DNA of 64,000 nt. Source: Tubulanus polymorphus. Its lineage: Eukaryota; Animalia; Nemertea. Shown here piece after piece: positions 13,771 through 42,000 of the stretch; the first letter of the stretch is position 1, and every line of letters begins with the position of its first letter. Below the pieces are notes generated by a model that worked only from the letters and a program-made list of their open reading frames with translations, made no database searches and was not told the DNA's origin. Both the position numbers and the translations under genes were made by a program. The DNA is taken from positions 2,356,001-2,420,000 of the forward strand of contig NC_134028.1 of NCBI RefSeq assembly GCF_964204645.1, read 5' to 3'.

Positions 13771-14583
13771 ATGTGTCTGGCTGCGATAGAAATTGCCGGA
13801 AGAATCGACAATAATCGAAGTCATCGGTTGACGTGTAAAAATATCAAATTATCATCAGCTAAAGAAACGTCATATGAATCCTCGCTGATATTGTGACATT
13901 ATAAAACAGGATGGAATATGTTTCGACCTATCGGTTCGTCCGTCAGTGACCTTGGCATCTAAGAGTGACACTTGAGTTTATCGAATTTTTTCATGGTACT
14001 TTCCGTTCACCTAGAAACCAGTGGCACTGATCACTTGATTTTGTTAAGAGTTTACGAAACCTTGTTTCACGAATCTTTGCCAACATAAGACGTCTTCTGT
14101 TTTCTGTTCGCTATGATTTAACAACTCCTGTCAAATGTCGATGGCAATAAAGGTAGCTCTTATTTCTGGATAGAAGGTGAAAATATGATGACATTTCAAC
14201 GGCGAATTATTTACGATTGAAATCCGGATGTTTATTGCCGTCTAAGGCATTGAAAGATGATTTTATCTTTATTTGAAATGCTACGTTGTTGAGTATTCAA
14301 CATTGCTGAAATGTTCCCTGAATAATTCATCATTAAACAGGGCGAGCTCGGCATGTTTTTGAATGAAATCATTAATGCAAATTAGCTTTATGAAGTTCAT
14401 TTGACTTTTTTGGATGCGATTTGAAAACAGTTTTATTGTTTGTTAGTTGAATAGATTCAGAAGTACACACTTTGAATGAATCGATGATTTTCATTGATTT
14501 CAGCGAAATAATGATTTTTCTCTTCTCAAGTATAGTCATTGTTTGCTTTATTTAATTCTATCTTTTCCTTCTGTTTTTTCCAG

Positions 14584-14622
14584 ATAGGGATATGAAAACA
14601 CATTCTCCAGTAGATGAGATAG
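14584..14622 (+). CDS. Putative 39-nt alternative exon of the nuclear receptor (ATG at 14592; MKTHSPVDEI)
   Basis: Strong pyrimidine tract tcttttccttctgttttttccAG, donor AG|GTAACT, and a phase-1 end compatible with the zinc-finger exon at 29521. Prediction only. Confidence 0.5.
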
Positions 14623-16715
14623 GTAACTAGCAATTATTCTAGCTATTCTTTTTAAATTGATTATCACCAACATGTCCTCATATCTGCAAATGAGTCAAAA
14701 GATCATTTAGACAATTAAAGCCAACACAAACCTTTTGATATATAAGTGATCATAGGCACTGCAGGTAATTTTTCGAAGGGTTTTAAAAATCAAACATTAC
14801 GATTCTTTATCAACCTTGCTACTGCTTGAAACTGATTATTATAATGTGGTTCTCTGCAACTATTAAGGGCTATCGCATCACACAGGCCTGCGCGCCCTTG
14901 CAACTGTCAGTGTCACAATGAGTGAAGGTTATACTTTATTGGAGGCAACCACCCCAATCTCAACCTATGCTGCTGTTGCGACTGACTAGTTCCGCACTAT
15001 TCCACACCATCACTGACAATCTCATTGCAATCGACTTATGCTCCCATTTGCGACGGGTTACACCCTAACAACATTTTTGAAATATATGAAGGTTCGTCAT
15101 TATTCTGGTTCATTTATACATTCAGTTTTCAGCTGTACACTCCGAGTCCATGATCAAATAAAACGAGGAGCTGTTGTACTCTCTACTCAATAAACATGCT
15201 GTCAATAAATTGGTTCATCCATAAATGAGGTGACACTGTTTTCTGAATGATGACCTTTTCGTACGAATACAAACTGATCTGAGATCGATAATAATGAAAA
15301 CGATATTCAAGAGTTTTGATTTGACCTTGGACTCGTTATTTATTACGCGGATCACTAATTAGTCATTGATAGTTAGTAACAATGACGGCTCTTCAGTTGA
15401 GAAATGTGACGGCGTCAAGATGCGACAGCGATGCGGAAATACCTTTGGGCTTTCACCTTACTAAATCTTGTATAACTGATAGCATGTACCTTACCGAATG
15501 CGCCGTTGGGAACATTGCGCGATAAGCATAATTTTTTTTATCTCGCAGCTCATCACGAGTTTCGTGAAATGGTAAAATATCGCATCTGAACAAACATTAC
15601 GCCTTAACTTAAAGTTTTATGAATGCTCGGCTATTGTCAGCATCTGTAAAAAGTGATATTAATTTGATTCTCGATAAGAAGCTTGAGAATCCTCGGATTA
15701 GGATTACCGCTGTCAACTGTTTATCATATGACATGAATTGATATCGCTTTTATTTTGTAGCAGTTTCTATACATGGTTCATAGAATTCATAAGTAATTTA
15801 TTGTTGAATGTGTTTTTTGCTCAGAAAATATTACTGCCTTTTTTCTGCAACAGCACTTTTAATGCTTTAATATTTCAACCTTAACGCTTTAAATAACAAC
15901 TATTTCAATGAGTTTAAGTCCGATATCTGAATAATTCAAATAGCTGTATATTGCAAACAGTCGTCTTATCGAACGCAGAAACCGAATGCTCGTGGTTTTT
16001 TTGCGTATTGAACAAACACTGAAACCTGAGCAATCGGCTTTTTTCAATGGTGCTTCTCGTAATGATATTACTATTAGCAATATGATTCTTGAGTAAACAT
16101 AATCCTCGGTTCTCTGACATTTCTAGAGATATTAAAAACATACAGCGCTGCTATCGGGGCTCGGGTTTTATCGAATGACCTGGATTTCTTTTTTTTTCGA
16201 CCCAATTCTGTGCCTTTAAATAGGAGGGGTTTTGTAGCTACGTTCCCAGGTCGATTTTAATTCCTCTACAATATCCGTATCCAAAATCTATACCAAGGTG
16301 AAGGTTGAAACCTAAGTGAAGGTTAAAAGATTACCATGAGAATATATATGCGATGACCAACTATCTTCAGCGGTAATACGACTACTCCTTCGTGGTTGCT
16401 GTTTATATCTTCATGAATTTTCATTCATTGAAAACGCCCCCAAATCATCTCTGCTTGAAAAATCAGAATTTATATGCTAAAAGATATCCCAATGTTTTTC
16501 ACATGTAAAAGTACCAGTGACTAAGTGGTTTCGACGGGTCTGGTTCCAAGTTCCACCTCCGAGGAACAGTTTTAGCATATTTTTTTATTCCTCACTTGCT
16601 TCGGTTTTTTTCTACATTTCCCCACCTTAGGATTAACATCATATTGAGCTATACTGGTAACAAAAGATATTTCATTCGATGAATATCGTTTAACAACTCA
16701 GTCCCCCACCCCCTC

Positions 16716-16937
16716 CAGGGCCGGATCTAAAGGGAGGGTGCAGGGGATGGAAACTTGTCCTTAAATTCTAGAATATCAACTGCAGAATATCAACTGATAC
16801 TTATAAAGTTTAAATTCATAAGCGTGTTATCTGTACTTCAAGAAATTAGGTATTATGTTTGATCGGGTGCCCAATTGTTGGATATGCTCTATTTTGGGGA
16901 GTACCCCTCCCTGAATCAGACCCTAGACCCACCCCTT
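16716..16937. mobile_element. Dispersed MITE-like repeat (GGATCTAG-terminus family), copy 2, inverted relative to copy 1
   Basis: Termini CAGGGCCGGATCTA ... CCCTAGACCCACCCC; shares both arms with 413-603. Confidence 0.65.
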
Positions 16938-17920
16938 CCCGCCCCTTCAACTCTCCCTGCTGTAAATACTACTTGTATGAATAGCAGTTTTGTCTAATCA
17001 CCTCCTTTCGGGGATTGATTGAAATTTGCCGAAGCGTAAAAACCCATCTTCCAACAATCAAAGACAATTTACCCGAGGAGCTGAGATTGACTAGATGACA
17101 AGCAATCATCTTCAACTATTGATTCGCCTTTAAATTTCTACATTCTAAATTCCGACACGCTTCCTGTCGCATCGACTCAACATTCCCAGAATATTGGCGC
17201 CATAATGCGGTTCTATCTAGAATCTATTTTTTTTAGGCCTATGAAAATTGATAGTCGCAAATGTTCATCTTCAAAATATTTTTTTCTTATGTCTGAATTG
17301 ATATTAAGTGGTGTTGTATTGCGATAAAGGAAATATGATTTATGATAGTTCATTACGTTTATTGTTATGCTATCACGCAGGTATCAGCTGCAGGAGGTCA
17401 TTAGTTTTATATGAAGCAGCTGTTTTAAAAATTATGAATTCTAATATCAGCTGAACAACAATAGACATCATTCTTCGGTTATTTCATGCAAAACAAACTC
17501 GCAAATAGAACCAACCGACTGACTCTATTATCAAATACGAAAAACATGTTTTATGATTTTATAGAATTTTCTTAGCCCAGCCCAGATTGTTGCATGAATT
17601 ACCATATAACGATCGATGTTGTAGAGGTTGTTTTTAAGGTAAATAATGTAGTTTTTTCAATGAGTGCTCAGTTAATACTCATGAGCGACAATAATGTGAT
17701 TATGCGTGTATTCATGCTTCGTACTCGGCTCCAATTTATTCTCTACATTTCAAGTAAAATAAACTTTACTCACTAAAATCACTGACTTTACCATCACTCT
17801 TATAAACCATTCTTGAGCTCGTACGATGATAAATAGAGAATCCCTCACTAATACGATGGATGATGAAGTCCGAAAAATGTCCTTACAACAGATGGTTTTT
17901 TAATTCAAATTTAAAATTTT

Positions 17921-18110
17921 TTATTTCAACTATAACCTAATTAGTCATCTTCAGGGGCCAGTTGCACAGTCGTGACTTAAGTCCAAAAGTGGTCTTAAAT
18001 CGTAAGACAGGTCTTAAGTTGTTAGATTGGCTATAGAACCAAGTTGGTCTTAGACTGGTGTTAAATCTAAGCCCTGACTATGCAACCGGCCCCAGGAATA
18101 CTGAGTTAAC
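17921..18110 (-). mobile_element. Penelope-type hammerhead repeat interrupted by a MITE
   Basis: Removing the MITE and one CAG restores TTAACTCAGTATTCCTGAAGATGACTAATTAGGTTATAGTTGAAA on the - strand, matching 60362-60405. Confidence 0.6.
17955..18092. mobile_element. 138-bp MITE, PIF/Harbinger-like
   Basis: TIRs GGGCCAGTTGCACAGTC / GACTATGCAACCGGCCC (15/17 match) flanked by a CAG target-site duplication. Confidence 0.8.
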
Positions 18111-20959
18111 AGAATGTTGAAATATTTATGTTTGTCATCAAGAACAAAGAGACAAATGAAGTTATTAAGAGTGAAGCAAACTAGGGGTATTACAATATAG
18201 AAACATTGAAACGTTGAATTAGAAAATTATCTGTTCTAAGGAAACTTCACACTTCATCTTTTGTCACACGGAATAGTGTTTCTTCGATGGTTATTTTATA
18301 TGATGATATTTGGATTTCAGGTCCTAAGATAAAGTTCAATGTATATAGGATTTTTACTTGAAGCGTTGAATGAACCCTCTCCGGTTGTTCTAGCCAACAT
18401 TCTCTGAATTTGGATTGATCGCAAAGTTGTTGTTTTTTTTTTTCGGAAGTTCCGTTGTTCAGACTAGATTTCGCCCAGTCTGATGTTACGTGACAACGGA
18501 GATCACGCGAACAATGGTCGTTGTGAAGTTCTGAGAGACGATTCTTGTTCCAGTTCACTGTGTCTGAAATCATCTTCGGTTTCATATCATGTCTTATCGA
18601 AGCGATTAGTCGTCTGCTCTTTACCTTAGAATCGTCACTCGGTTGATGATCGATTCAAAAGCTCTCCTGTCAGATGCAAATTGCCAATTTCTCCCGGCAG
18701 TATCGCTAAAAACCCCGATGAGAGAGAGAGAGCAAGAGAGAGAGAGAGGAGATTGCTACCGAGACGGCAATGGCAGAATCTCGGGAAATTCATCGACTGA
18801 CGATGAAAGATCAACTTATTCAAAAGCGTGAAACGATAAGACGGATGAAGTTTGAAGGTTTTCTCATCATCATATTTTACGCCGCGCGGTGAGGTTCGGG
18901 AATCGAATGAAAATAAAGCATCGCACGATTCTCATCCGTCGTTGATTCGTCGTCGTTGTCGTTAAGGTCGCGTAATTCGGTCGTAAAACTCGATTTCGAT
19001 TTTTTTCGAAGACGTAATTTCGTAATGGTTTTTGATTTTGATTTTCATCAAAATTTTTACGTTTCGCCGCTTATGGAGTAATGTTGATAGAAAATTGGGT
19101 TTGTAAAAACTGTCGTTGGCAATTACCTCATACGGTGACTTCGATAATTACTAGTTACATGCTGTTTATTGCATTTGTTACAGTATACATCGGTGACATT
19201 TACCACATCAGACACTGTGCACCATTGCCAATGCATTTCTAATTGCCCGCTGTATTTTTTTTCACCTTGACCCGATTAAGATGCCGGTATCCCGCGTGTA
19301 GAATTTCTAATATCATTTCTTCCAGTGCTTTTGGAAATATGATGAACACTCGAGCAAAACGACAAGCGTTCCGCCATTAGAATTTTAACTAATGGGAGAA
19401 TTATTGGTCTGACGGGGATCTCAAAGACTTCAACGTATTCGAGCAGCGAATAGAAATGAGAATCTAGTCCGGGACCTGTTTAGCGCGATGTTTTATAATC
19501 GTAAAGTGGATTATCTGGATTATTGCCTAATAATTAACAAGACAGCTTTAAAACCCTCGATCAGAAAAACGGCTGTATTGACTGCAAATCATTATTCAAG
19601 CGTTCTTGACACAATTAAAATTGCTCGCTATGTTCTAGGGTAATAGAAAATTGATATCTGATATTGCTCTTAAATTGGCAGGCATAGTCGCATTATTTTC
19701 ATCGATATGTTTTATGACCATATGAAAAATATGTTTTTCATGTTCGGTTCAAACCTTCTAGACTCAATCGAAAAATACATGTAAAAAACTATCTATTGGA
19801 TTATAAACTAAATTGATATTGACGATTATAGCTTTACCAGTTTTGTTACGGTTTGAATACAAAATAGACTAATTCCTTCTACAGCTGTGCCAGATTATAA
19901 AGGCTTACATATCAACATAACTTAATACCATGATGAATAGTTCTGTCTGCCATTGGTACCGGGAGTAGTGGTTGAAGTCATTCAGCCTTGTCCTTGAACC
20001 TGCACCAAACACAGGACCGCGCTCTCCGCAGTATTTCATCTTTCTATATTTGCTTCGATTTTATGTGGAAACCAAACCGGTATTTTTGTCGCCAGCCTTA
20101 TTCCCCAGGGGTTTCTCGGTTCATCGTAATTGGCACAAAAGCTTTCATCACTCTCGACGATGATGATGGGAAATACTGCAAGCGATCATTCCGACATGTC
20201 AGTTAAAAAAATCGGGTTTTTTCCGTGGATACCAATGAGTTTATTGTCGTCGTTCTTTTGATATTCAGACCTGCCCTTGTTAAACAACACCGCCTGACTT
20301 ACAATTGACATATTTCTTTTTAAGGGCAATAATGTAATTTTCCAAGAAAAGAACCGAGTGCCCTTTCGGCATTCGAAGACATACGATACAAAATGTATCG
20401 AGGGTCTGTCGTATAATTTCTGAGTGATTTCAAAGTGGCAGGAAATCTTTATTCCTGAGCTTAAGTTGATAGTTTTTCATTGATTTATTTGATTCTCTAA
20501 AAATACACGTTTCTACTTCAGAGGTCGTCGTCGTTGGGTGTTTTATTTTTTTACCGATTGATTAGAAAAAAAACCCACGAAACAAGTTGCACAGCCACGT
20601 GCTGATTGTGTAGGCTATATAGATTTTATCAAGGTGAAGGTCATTGTTAGTATAAATTATTCAGCGTCGAGCAACAATACGTTATGAAAAATGAGCAAAA
20701 GTAACACGTGAATGATCATATGAAATTAGTCACTGGGCTGGCCTCTTTTGACCTTGACTCAATTATGATTTATGGATTAGAATATTGTAAATCATTTCAC
20801 TGGTGCAAGTGAAGTATGGTTACAATTCGAATGTGTTTATGAATAATGGGTGTGGCTTGGCTCGATCCGTAAATTCCCCAATACTCATTTTGATTTAAAA
20901 ATATCAATTTTGTTCAATCTCAGTTCGCAGGAAAGTCGCTTTATAGCCGCGATCACGCA

Positions 20960-21160
20960 AACATTTCTGGCCAAATTGGGCCAGGTCGGAGCCAAATTTA
21001 AGCACGGGCCAAATCATTGCGTGTCAGTTGCAACTTGTTCCGGAAGTGACTTTGTGTAGTATCGAGTGATTAACGTGTGAACCAGCACGGGCCAAATTTG
21101 ATTCCGGCTTGATCCGTGCCAGTTTGGCCCGGGTCAAATCGTCTCCGTATGTTCACAGTC
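20960..21160. repeat. GGGCCAAAT-subrepeat dispersed element (related copy at ~34354-34420)
   Basis: Multiple GGGCCAAAT / TTTGGCCC units in both orientations with GTGTGAAC / GTTCACA motifs. Confidence 0.45.
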
Positions 21161-24100
21161 TATATTTACCAGGCACGTTCAACTTTGGCATTACAAGGGT
21201 GGATTCAGGGACTAATTACGAAGGTTTTGTGACAGGCATATTTGGAGGCGTATTAGCTAGGCAACGCTTTTTGAAATTTGTGAATGGCTGAAATTTAAGA
21301 GCAATTCCAAGTTTAAAACCTTTCCCTAACGCATCCTATCAATAATGCAAGAGGAGTTTATGAATTTCTATTCAATTAGGCAGTACAATAGATTTTAAAC
21401 ATCGGATCCTGCAATGCATCGATATTCATTTGAAAAAAAAACGATGTTGTAAAACGGAGAAAATCTATAAATATGGAATCCAGGTTAGCAACGACAGCGG
21501 TTCTATTGAGATTGATGTGCCTGAGGGAAAATTTCATTTACTGGGTAAAAGTCAGAGGTAACCGATAAACTGAAATCTGATACGCCGTGATTTTTCACGC
21601 GTTTTCATGGAAACCGTATCTTTATCTCTGTGGAGTCAATTGATGCTTTTTTTATCGAGTCGTGGATGTGTTTTTTTTGCGGTAATGAAATTTTGTATTT
21701 ACCGTCAAGTTTTTATTAGTCGAATCAGGAATTAATTGTCACCTGAATTATACAATACTTACAGTAGTATCGAAATAATGTTGAAAAAACAGCTCACTTT
21801 AAGAGATCTTCATTTACTGTTTCTTATTCGATGAATTAAAATCGAAAATGTGTAATCAGAAAAAATCTATTAGCAGTTTCACGCTCAAGATTTCTTTCGT
21901 TATGTATAAATCGACTATTGTCTTTATCGGATTAAATTCTCTTCATGACGTGAATAGAACAGTTCTCCTTAATGGAAGAACACAAAAAACCGGCATCGTC
22001 GTTTGAAAAAACATAATACTTTCGAAATGTCAAGGCCGCAGTTCACGTCCTGAAATTTGCTTTAGGTGACGTCGAGTAGGTTTTCTCATCGAGACATCGT
22101 TTTTATGAAACTAATTCAGTTTTCTGCTCAAGGAAACGCTTTAATCCAATATCAATCCTGTCAGCGAAAAAATTGAACTGGATTTGAATTACTTCTGATT
22201 GCGAAAATTAAGCTTTCATCTGCGAGGTTTTATTCGTTCGAGTCTGGTTTTGCCCTCGGGTCTCAATTTGAATTACTACTCGCGTTTTCAGTTCAGTCAA
22301 ATCAATGTTCGCGAATTTTGAAGACTTTTCGTGACGCGGTCTTGTGTTTGCACGAGTTTTATCGAAAAAATCTTTCCTTCTCGTCGAGCTATCTCGGCGA
22401 GGTACTCTCGAGCTAAACTGATCACTAACGCCAGATCATTTTCATTCTTGCAGATAACCTGCCGAGCCAAACAACACCGACCGAGAAATTTACAGAAGGT
22501 AAATGATCAGACGATCTTCTGAAGCGAGATTTTATTATTCAAATTTTTTAAAATTTTTATCTTTCCATCAATTATTTTCCCTTCGTTTTTGAATATTTTG
22601 CATAACTGAGTGAATAACTGAAGTACATCCATTGAAAACTGAATGAGTGATTGATTGTATTGCTATTACTACAAATGGCAGGTGTTTTGTCTCGCCGCTA
22701 CTCTACTCACAGTTACATAACTTTTTACCGGTAGTTGTCGGTAAAAACGCTCGTCAAAAATCGAAACACCGAAGTCATTGCACCAAAACGTTAACGGTGA
22801 ACCTTTCCACTGTAAAAAAATAAGTGCAGATAGTCTGCCATATTAGTCTTGATAAATATTCGATCGGTGAACGTATTAAGAATATGAAACAAATATTAAA
22901 AATACTTCAGAGATAGTTAACTACTTGTGATACAGGTTTGGGTTTTAGCGTGTTTGTTTTACGATACAACCGTCAGTCGAAAAGTCATTAGCGAGTCATC
23001 GGGTTTTATCTACATATATCGTTTTGAATTATGTACCGGTATAACCTTCTAGCTATCGGCTAATGCCATCTAGTAACGCACACCTGAACTAATAAACAGA
23101 ATGTTCGCTGTTGCAATTGAAAAAACGGAACCGAATTTAACTTACCAACTCTCAAAAGTTCGTGATGCAAAAATCGATAAATAGAGAAACAAAAATGCAA
23201 CTCGGTTCAAATCAATTCTGTTAGTCGCGTGACACTATTTTCTACTTACATATGGGATATTAGAAGAAACTTGACTGATATGAGAGGAATATTTGACCAG
23301 GTTCTTGACTGACATAATATAACAGTTTTGAAGTGACGGCTGACTGTGGATATTGATCGACTGATGAACACATGAAGCTGTAGTTGCACGCTTTGATCTT
23401 AACCAGAAAAAAAATGTGGGCGTTCATGTATCGTCGCGATGATCGTCGGTACATATTCATTTTCAAGTGGACAAAAATGAATCGTAAAATTGAGATCGTA
23501 CTATCGCGATGAGATACATTCTGAAATATGATCGAAAATAGGTCATCATCTTATATAACACGGATTCGCTTTTATTTTTTGTTCGATTGAGGTTATTAGA
23601 TGATATGCATATTTGAAATTTCGAAACCGCGTGCTGCTTACCGGGATGACACTAAATACCTCTTGGTGACAATATCAATCGCGCTAGAAATAATTTTCTT
23701 TCAGACACAACCCACACAAGTGTGAATCTATTTATTGATGGAGAATGCGGCGAATGATATCTTCGAACGTAGCTGCGCTGTTAAAAAGAATCAGTTTCAT
23801 TTTCATCTTTTTCTAGAAATTCAATTGCACAGTGCTGACATCTGTTTGATTACTCGTAAGTTAATTCAGTACAGCTGAACTAGCCCGAGTAAATACTTCT
23901 TTCTCGTTAGATTAATATGTTTGTCATAAATGAGCGTTTGTTTCTGCTTTCAATTGAACATATATATTGATGTATGTGTTTATAAATAATGTTCGTTGAA
24001 TATTGGATTCAGCTTGAATCGAAGTATTTGTATGGTCTATAGAAAAAAACCCAGCGATATTTAAACAGTTGCAACTTCATAATTTACACTAAATATCATT

Positions 24101-24309
24101 TATTAAGGGTTTCATCGATTTCTGAATATGGCTCTGTGGGATCTAGACTCATTCGACTTCAGATATATTTTTTCGAAATGAATCTAAAATAACCATTTAT
24201 GATGAGGTGGCAGTCTGATGCGGGCTATTATTAAAGAAAAAACCTATTAACGCATTTGTTTACTCGAGCCTCTGTCACAAACAAGTTCTACAAATCGATT
24301 CTTCTGTCA

Positions 24310-24460
24310 TCCAGGTCAATTTGTAGAGCCTGTGACATCATAACGAAGGCAGCCAATCACCGGCGCTTGAATTAGGTCGCTGTGTTCTAGATAGAGCGCT
24401 CTACGGTTGTAAATGTCTTCATTCGATCAATGAATGCCGTGTAGTGAACATCCAGTGGTT
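24310..24460 (+). promoter_or_regulatory. Putative proximal promoter of the nuclear receptor A/B exon
   Basis: AGGTCA half-site, CRE-like TGACATCA, AGCCAATCA box and AATTAGGTCG within ~80 bp, about 300 bp upstream of the ATG. Confidence 0.35.
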
Positions 24461-24663
24461 ATTGGTGAACGTATGAACAATTAAATGGCTTATTCGCAGA
24501 TCAGAGAATATAACTGAATATACTGACAAGTTTTTAAAGGATTAGTATTTGATTATTTATTTTAAGTAGAGACCGATTGATGGGCGTGAATTGTTAGCTG
24601 GATTATAAACTAGTAGTAAACGGATTTGTGAATGACAGTAAACAATACATCGGTGAATTGACC

Positions 24664-39016
<14,353 letters not shown>

Positions 39017-42000
39017 AATTTGACGTTTGGTGAATGACGTATTTCAATGCAAGCTAACAATGCGTTAGTTGTGTTAGAATTAGATATTGGAAGCATTCAG
39101 TATAATCTAAAGATGCTTGATATTTACGATACTTAATTTATTTCTCGTACCTCCTGACATGTCAATGATGAATGCGGTACTTCAATGGTGCTTGTCACAG
39201 CTATTTGCAATACTTGCTCGAAAGATATGTAATTGGTCGAATGTAAAATGTGAATTGAGGTGAAAGATAAGTCAAATTTGAGATTTGCCGATGATCGTGA
39301 GGGGACAGAAGAAAGTTGAATCTCAGCATATGCAGGCTGTGTTTTTTATTTGATTTCCTAGTGATATAGTCCCCTGTCACCTGTAACTCTTTAAGGCACT
39401 CACAAATCAATGCATAATTCTATGATCGTAACTGAAAAAATAGCAGTTTTTGCTTATCGTCATTTTGTTGGGTGAATTTTCGAAGAAATTGTCGGGCATT
39501 ATAAATGTACATAGACAACATATGCTGAATATCAGAATTACCTCCCGCCCTAAATCATCTGTAACGTAAAGCCCATCTATAAATCTCGCCTATTGTATGT
39601 CATCATTCATCATGAAGTATTTAATCGTCGGGTGTCTAGCCATAGATTTCAAACATCTTAATAAAAAACCAAAAAACAAATGCAAGTTATAAATCCTGCT
39701 TAAACTCAAAAAACATCATCAGCTTCATAATTAGTGAAACTGCAGTAGGGATAGTGAGCTGTAATATGTAATAGATTTATGTTTGATACCAAAACATGGG
39801 GTGACTATTCAAATTAAACTATCATTTATAAAGATAAATTCTGGCACTGCAATCAAAGCTGATTCAATTACAAGGCTTCAATAGAATTTTGTTTTTGATC
39901 TGGGGGCTCGAGGCGTCTGGCATTCAGCCCAGTTCACGTAGAGTTCACGGTGATCGGTACGCCGGCGCATCGCATCGTGTTAAAGAATGGTTAATGCTAC
40001 GTCATTTTTGTCACAACAACAAAAGCCCAAGATCCAGTAACTCTGGTAGGCGAATCAATTTCAATGACCTGCCTCCAATGCAAGGTCACTATTTAAGTTA
40101 AAGCATATTTCAGTCATGTGACAGCGACAATGACGCAATAAAGTCATCCAGGAGTCATCTTGGTTCCTCACCACGGTCACTTTAGTTGGGGTTAAACAAA
40201 GGTGAATGATCAATTTTTTCAAGTTACGGAATTGTGGTTTAGTTTTTCCCCTATGCACCTATTTGCCACGTTAGAAAATCCAGCCAAAAATTGAAAGAAG
40301 AGAATGTGCTATTTTACATTTTAATACTAGTCGCTGTTGATTATGTGCTATTACATACATAACTCCTTAGGAAAAAATTATTCTAGATTAGGTAGAAATA
40401 TTAAAAACTGTGTTTGTTCGTTCATCAATTAATGTTTATCAAAAAATGATGGAAATCTTGCAAGAACACCGTTAACGCAGGTAATAATACATCACTCATA
40501 CACGATATGTACATATGAAATGTATACATGGTTATTTATTCTACCCCCAAAAATGCTGATATTTATTTTCTGACGAAAAATTAATCATAAACAAACAATC
40601 GTAGCTCATTTTTTTCATGTCATCATCGCTGGATAATTTTGTAATTCAAAAAAACGTATTGTACTACTACAATATCATCAAATGAATATATAACGTCTTC
40701 TTAATAGTTTGAATGGCTGATTCTTAAAATATTATGAGAGTGAAAATGTTTTTTCAACGCGCGCAATTATTCCAATTGTATATACGCCGTGCCGTGTCTG
40801 CCTGCATACAGTGTGGATGAGAGTTTTTATACAATTGATCATTTTCGTATTTCAATTTTCATCAACCACAACATCTGCTCCTCGAGTTCATAGATATAAT
40901 ATCAAATCAACCCCGGTGTAAGATTATATCTCTTCATCATCGCGCTAAAGAAAACAGTGCACACTGAGTAAAAAGAAAACCTCAAATATTCCAAATCATC
41001 ATTTTCACCTGAATCCATCGATGTTAGATATTCATATTTGTGAATTCCAAGCTTTTAGCATCGCCTCGATGAACTATACTCGATGCTAGTCCAAATATTC
41101 ATCATCTTTCACATTAAAAAAAATCATCGCGTCATCGCAAAAATACCGGTGTATTTTAAAAAAGAGAGCTTACTTATCGCGGGTTGTGAATTTTGTCACA
41201 ACGGTCAATCTACCGAATTGCATTATTAACGGAGTATTATCAACAATGTAAACAAAATCTTTGCAACAAGTCGCTAAATGTGGGGCGAGGTCCTGTCCGC
41301 TGTCCGGATGTAAATTCATTAGATTTATGATGTTTAGATATGGCTTAAAAGAGAACATTTTTAGAAAATGATTATATATTCTGTAATGATTAATGTTTAT
41401 GTCAAATGAATAATGGTAAATCTATAGTAAACGTGTTAAATTGCTTTGATCGTTATGTAATTATAAAGTCTAAAGCAAATTGTACAAATAGTTACGTAAT
41501 TTTTTGCCAAGCTTAGGTTGGTGTATGTTATTATTTCTAGCGTTTTAGATCTTGTAGATTGTATTTGAAAAATATACGATAAGTGTTCACCGATCACTGC
41601 CCTAGTTGTAGGGCCTAGAATTGTTGTGCAGATGGTTTCAAATTTGTTCGTCAGAGGGCAGCACATCCTATGACTTAAATTGTAGCCTTAATTCTCTGGA
41701 TGGACACTTTATACTTATTTGAGGGATTGACTGAAGTATTTAATGAATTATTGGGTTATCAAGTAACTGATGATACGAAAAACTTATTCATAATGATTGA
41801 ATTTGAATGGATTTATCCATAATTTTTCTGATAAGTGTGTACATCAACGCATGTACTGCTTTGGAGGAAGCCTTTGAAATAGAGAAACGGGGTCGTTTTC
41901 AAAACTAGATTTGAATAGATGAATATGCATTTGTGTCTCCTGGTGGGGAATACTATCTAATACCTCCATTGACCTTCGATATTTACGCGTATATATGATT

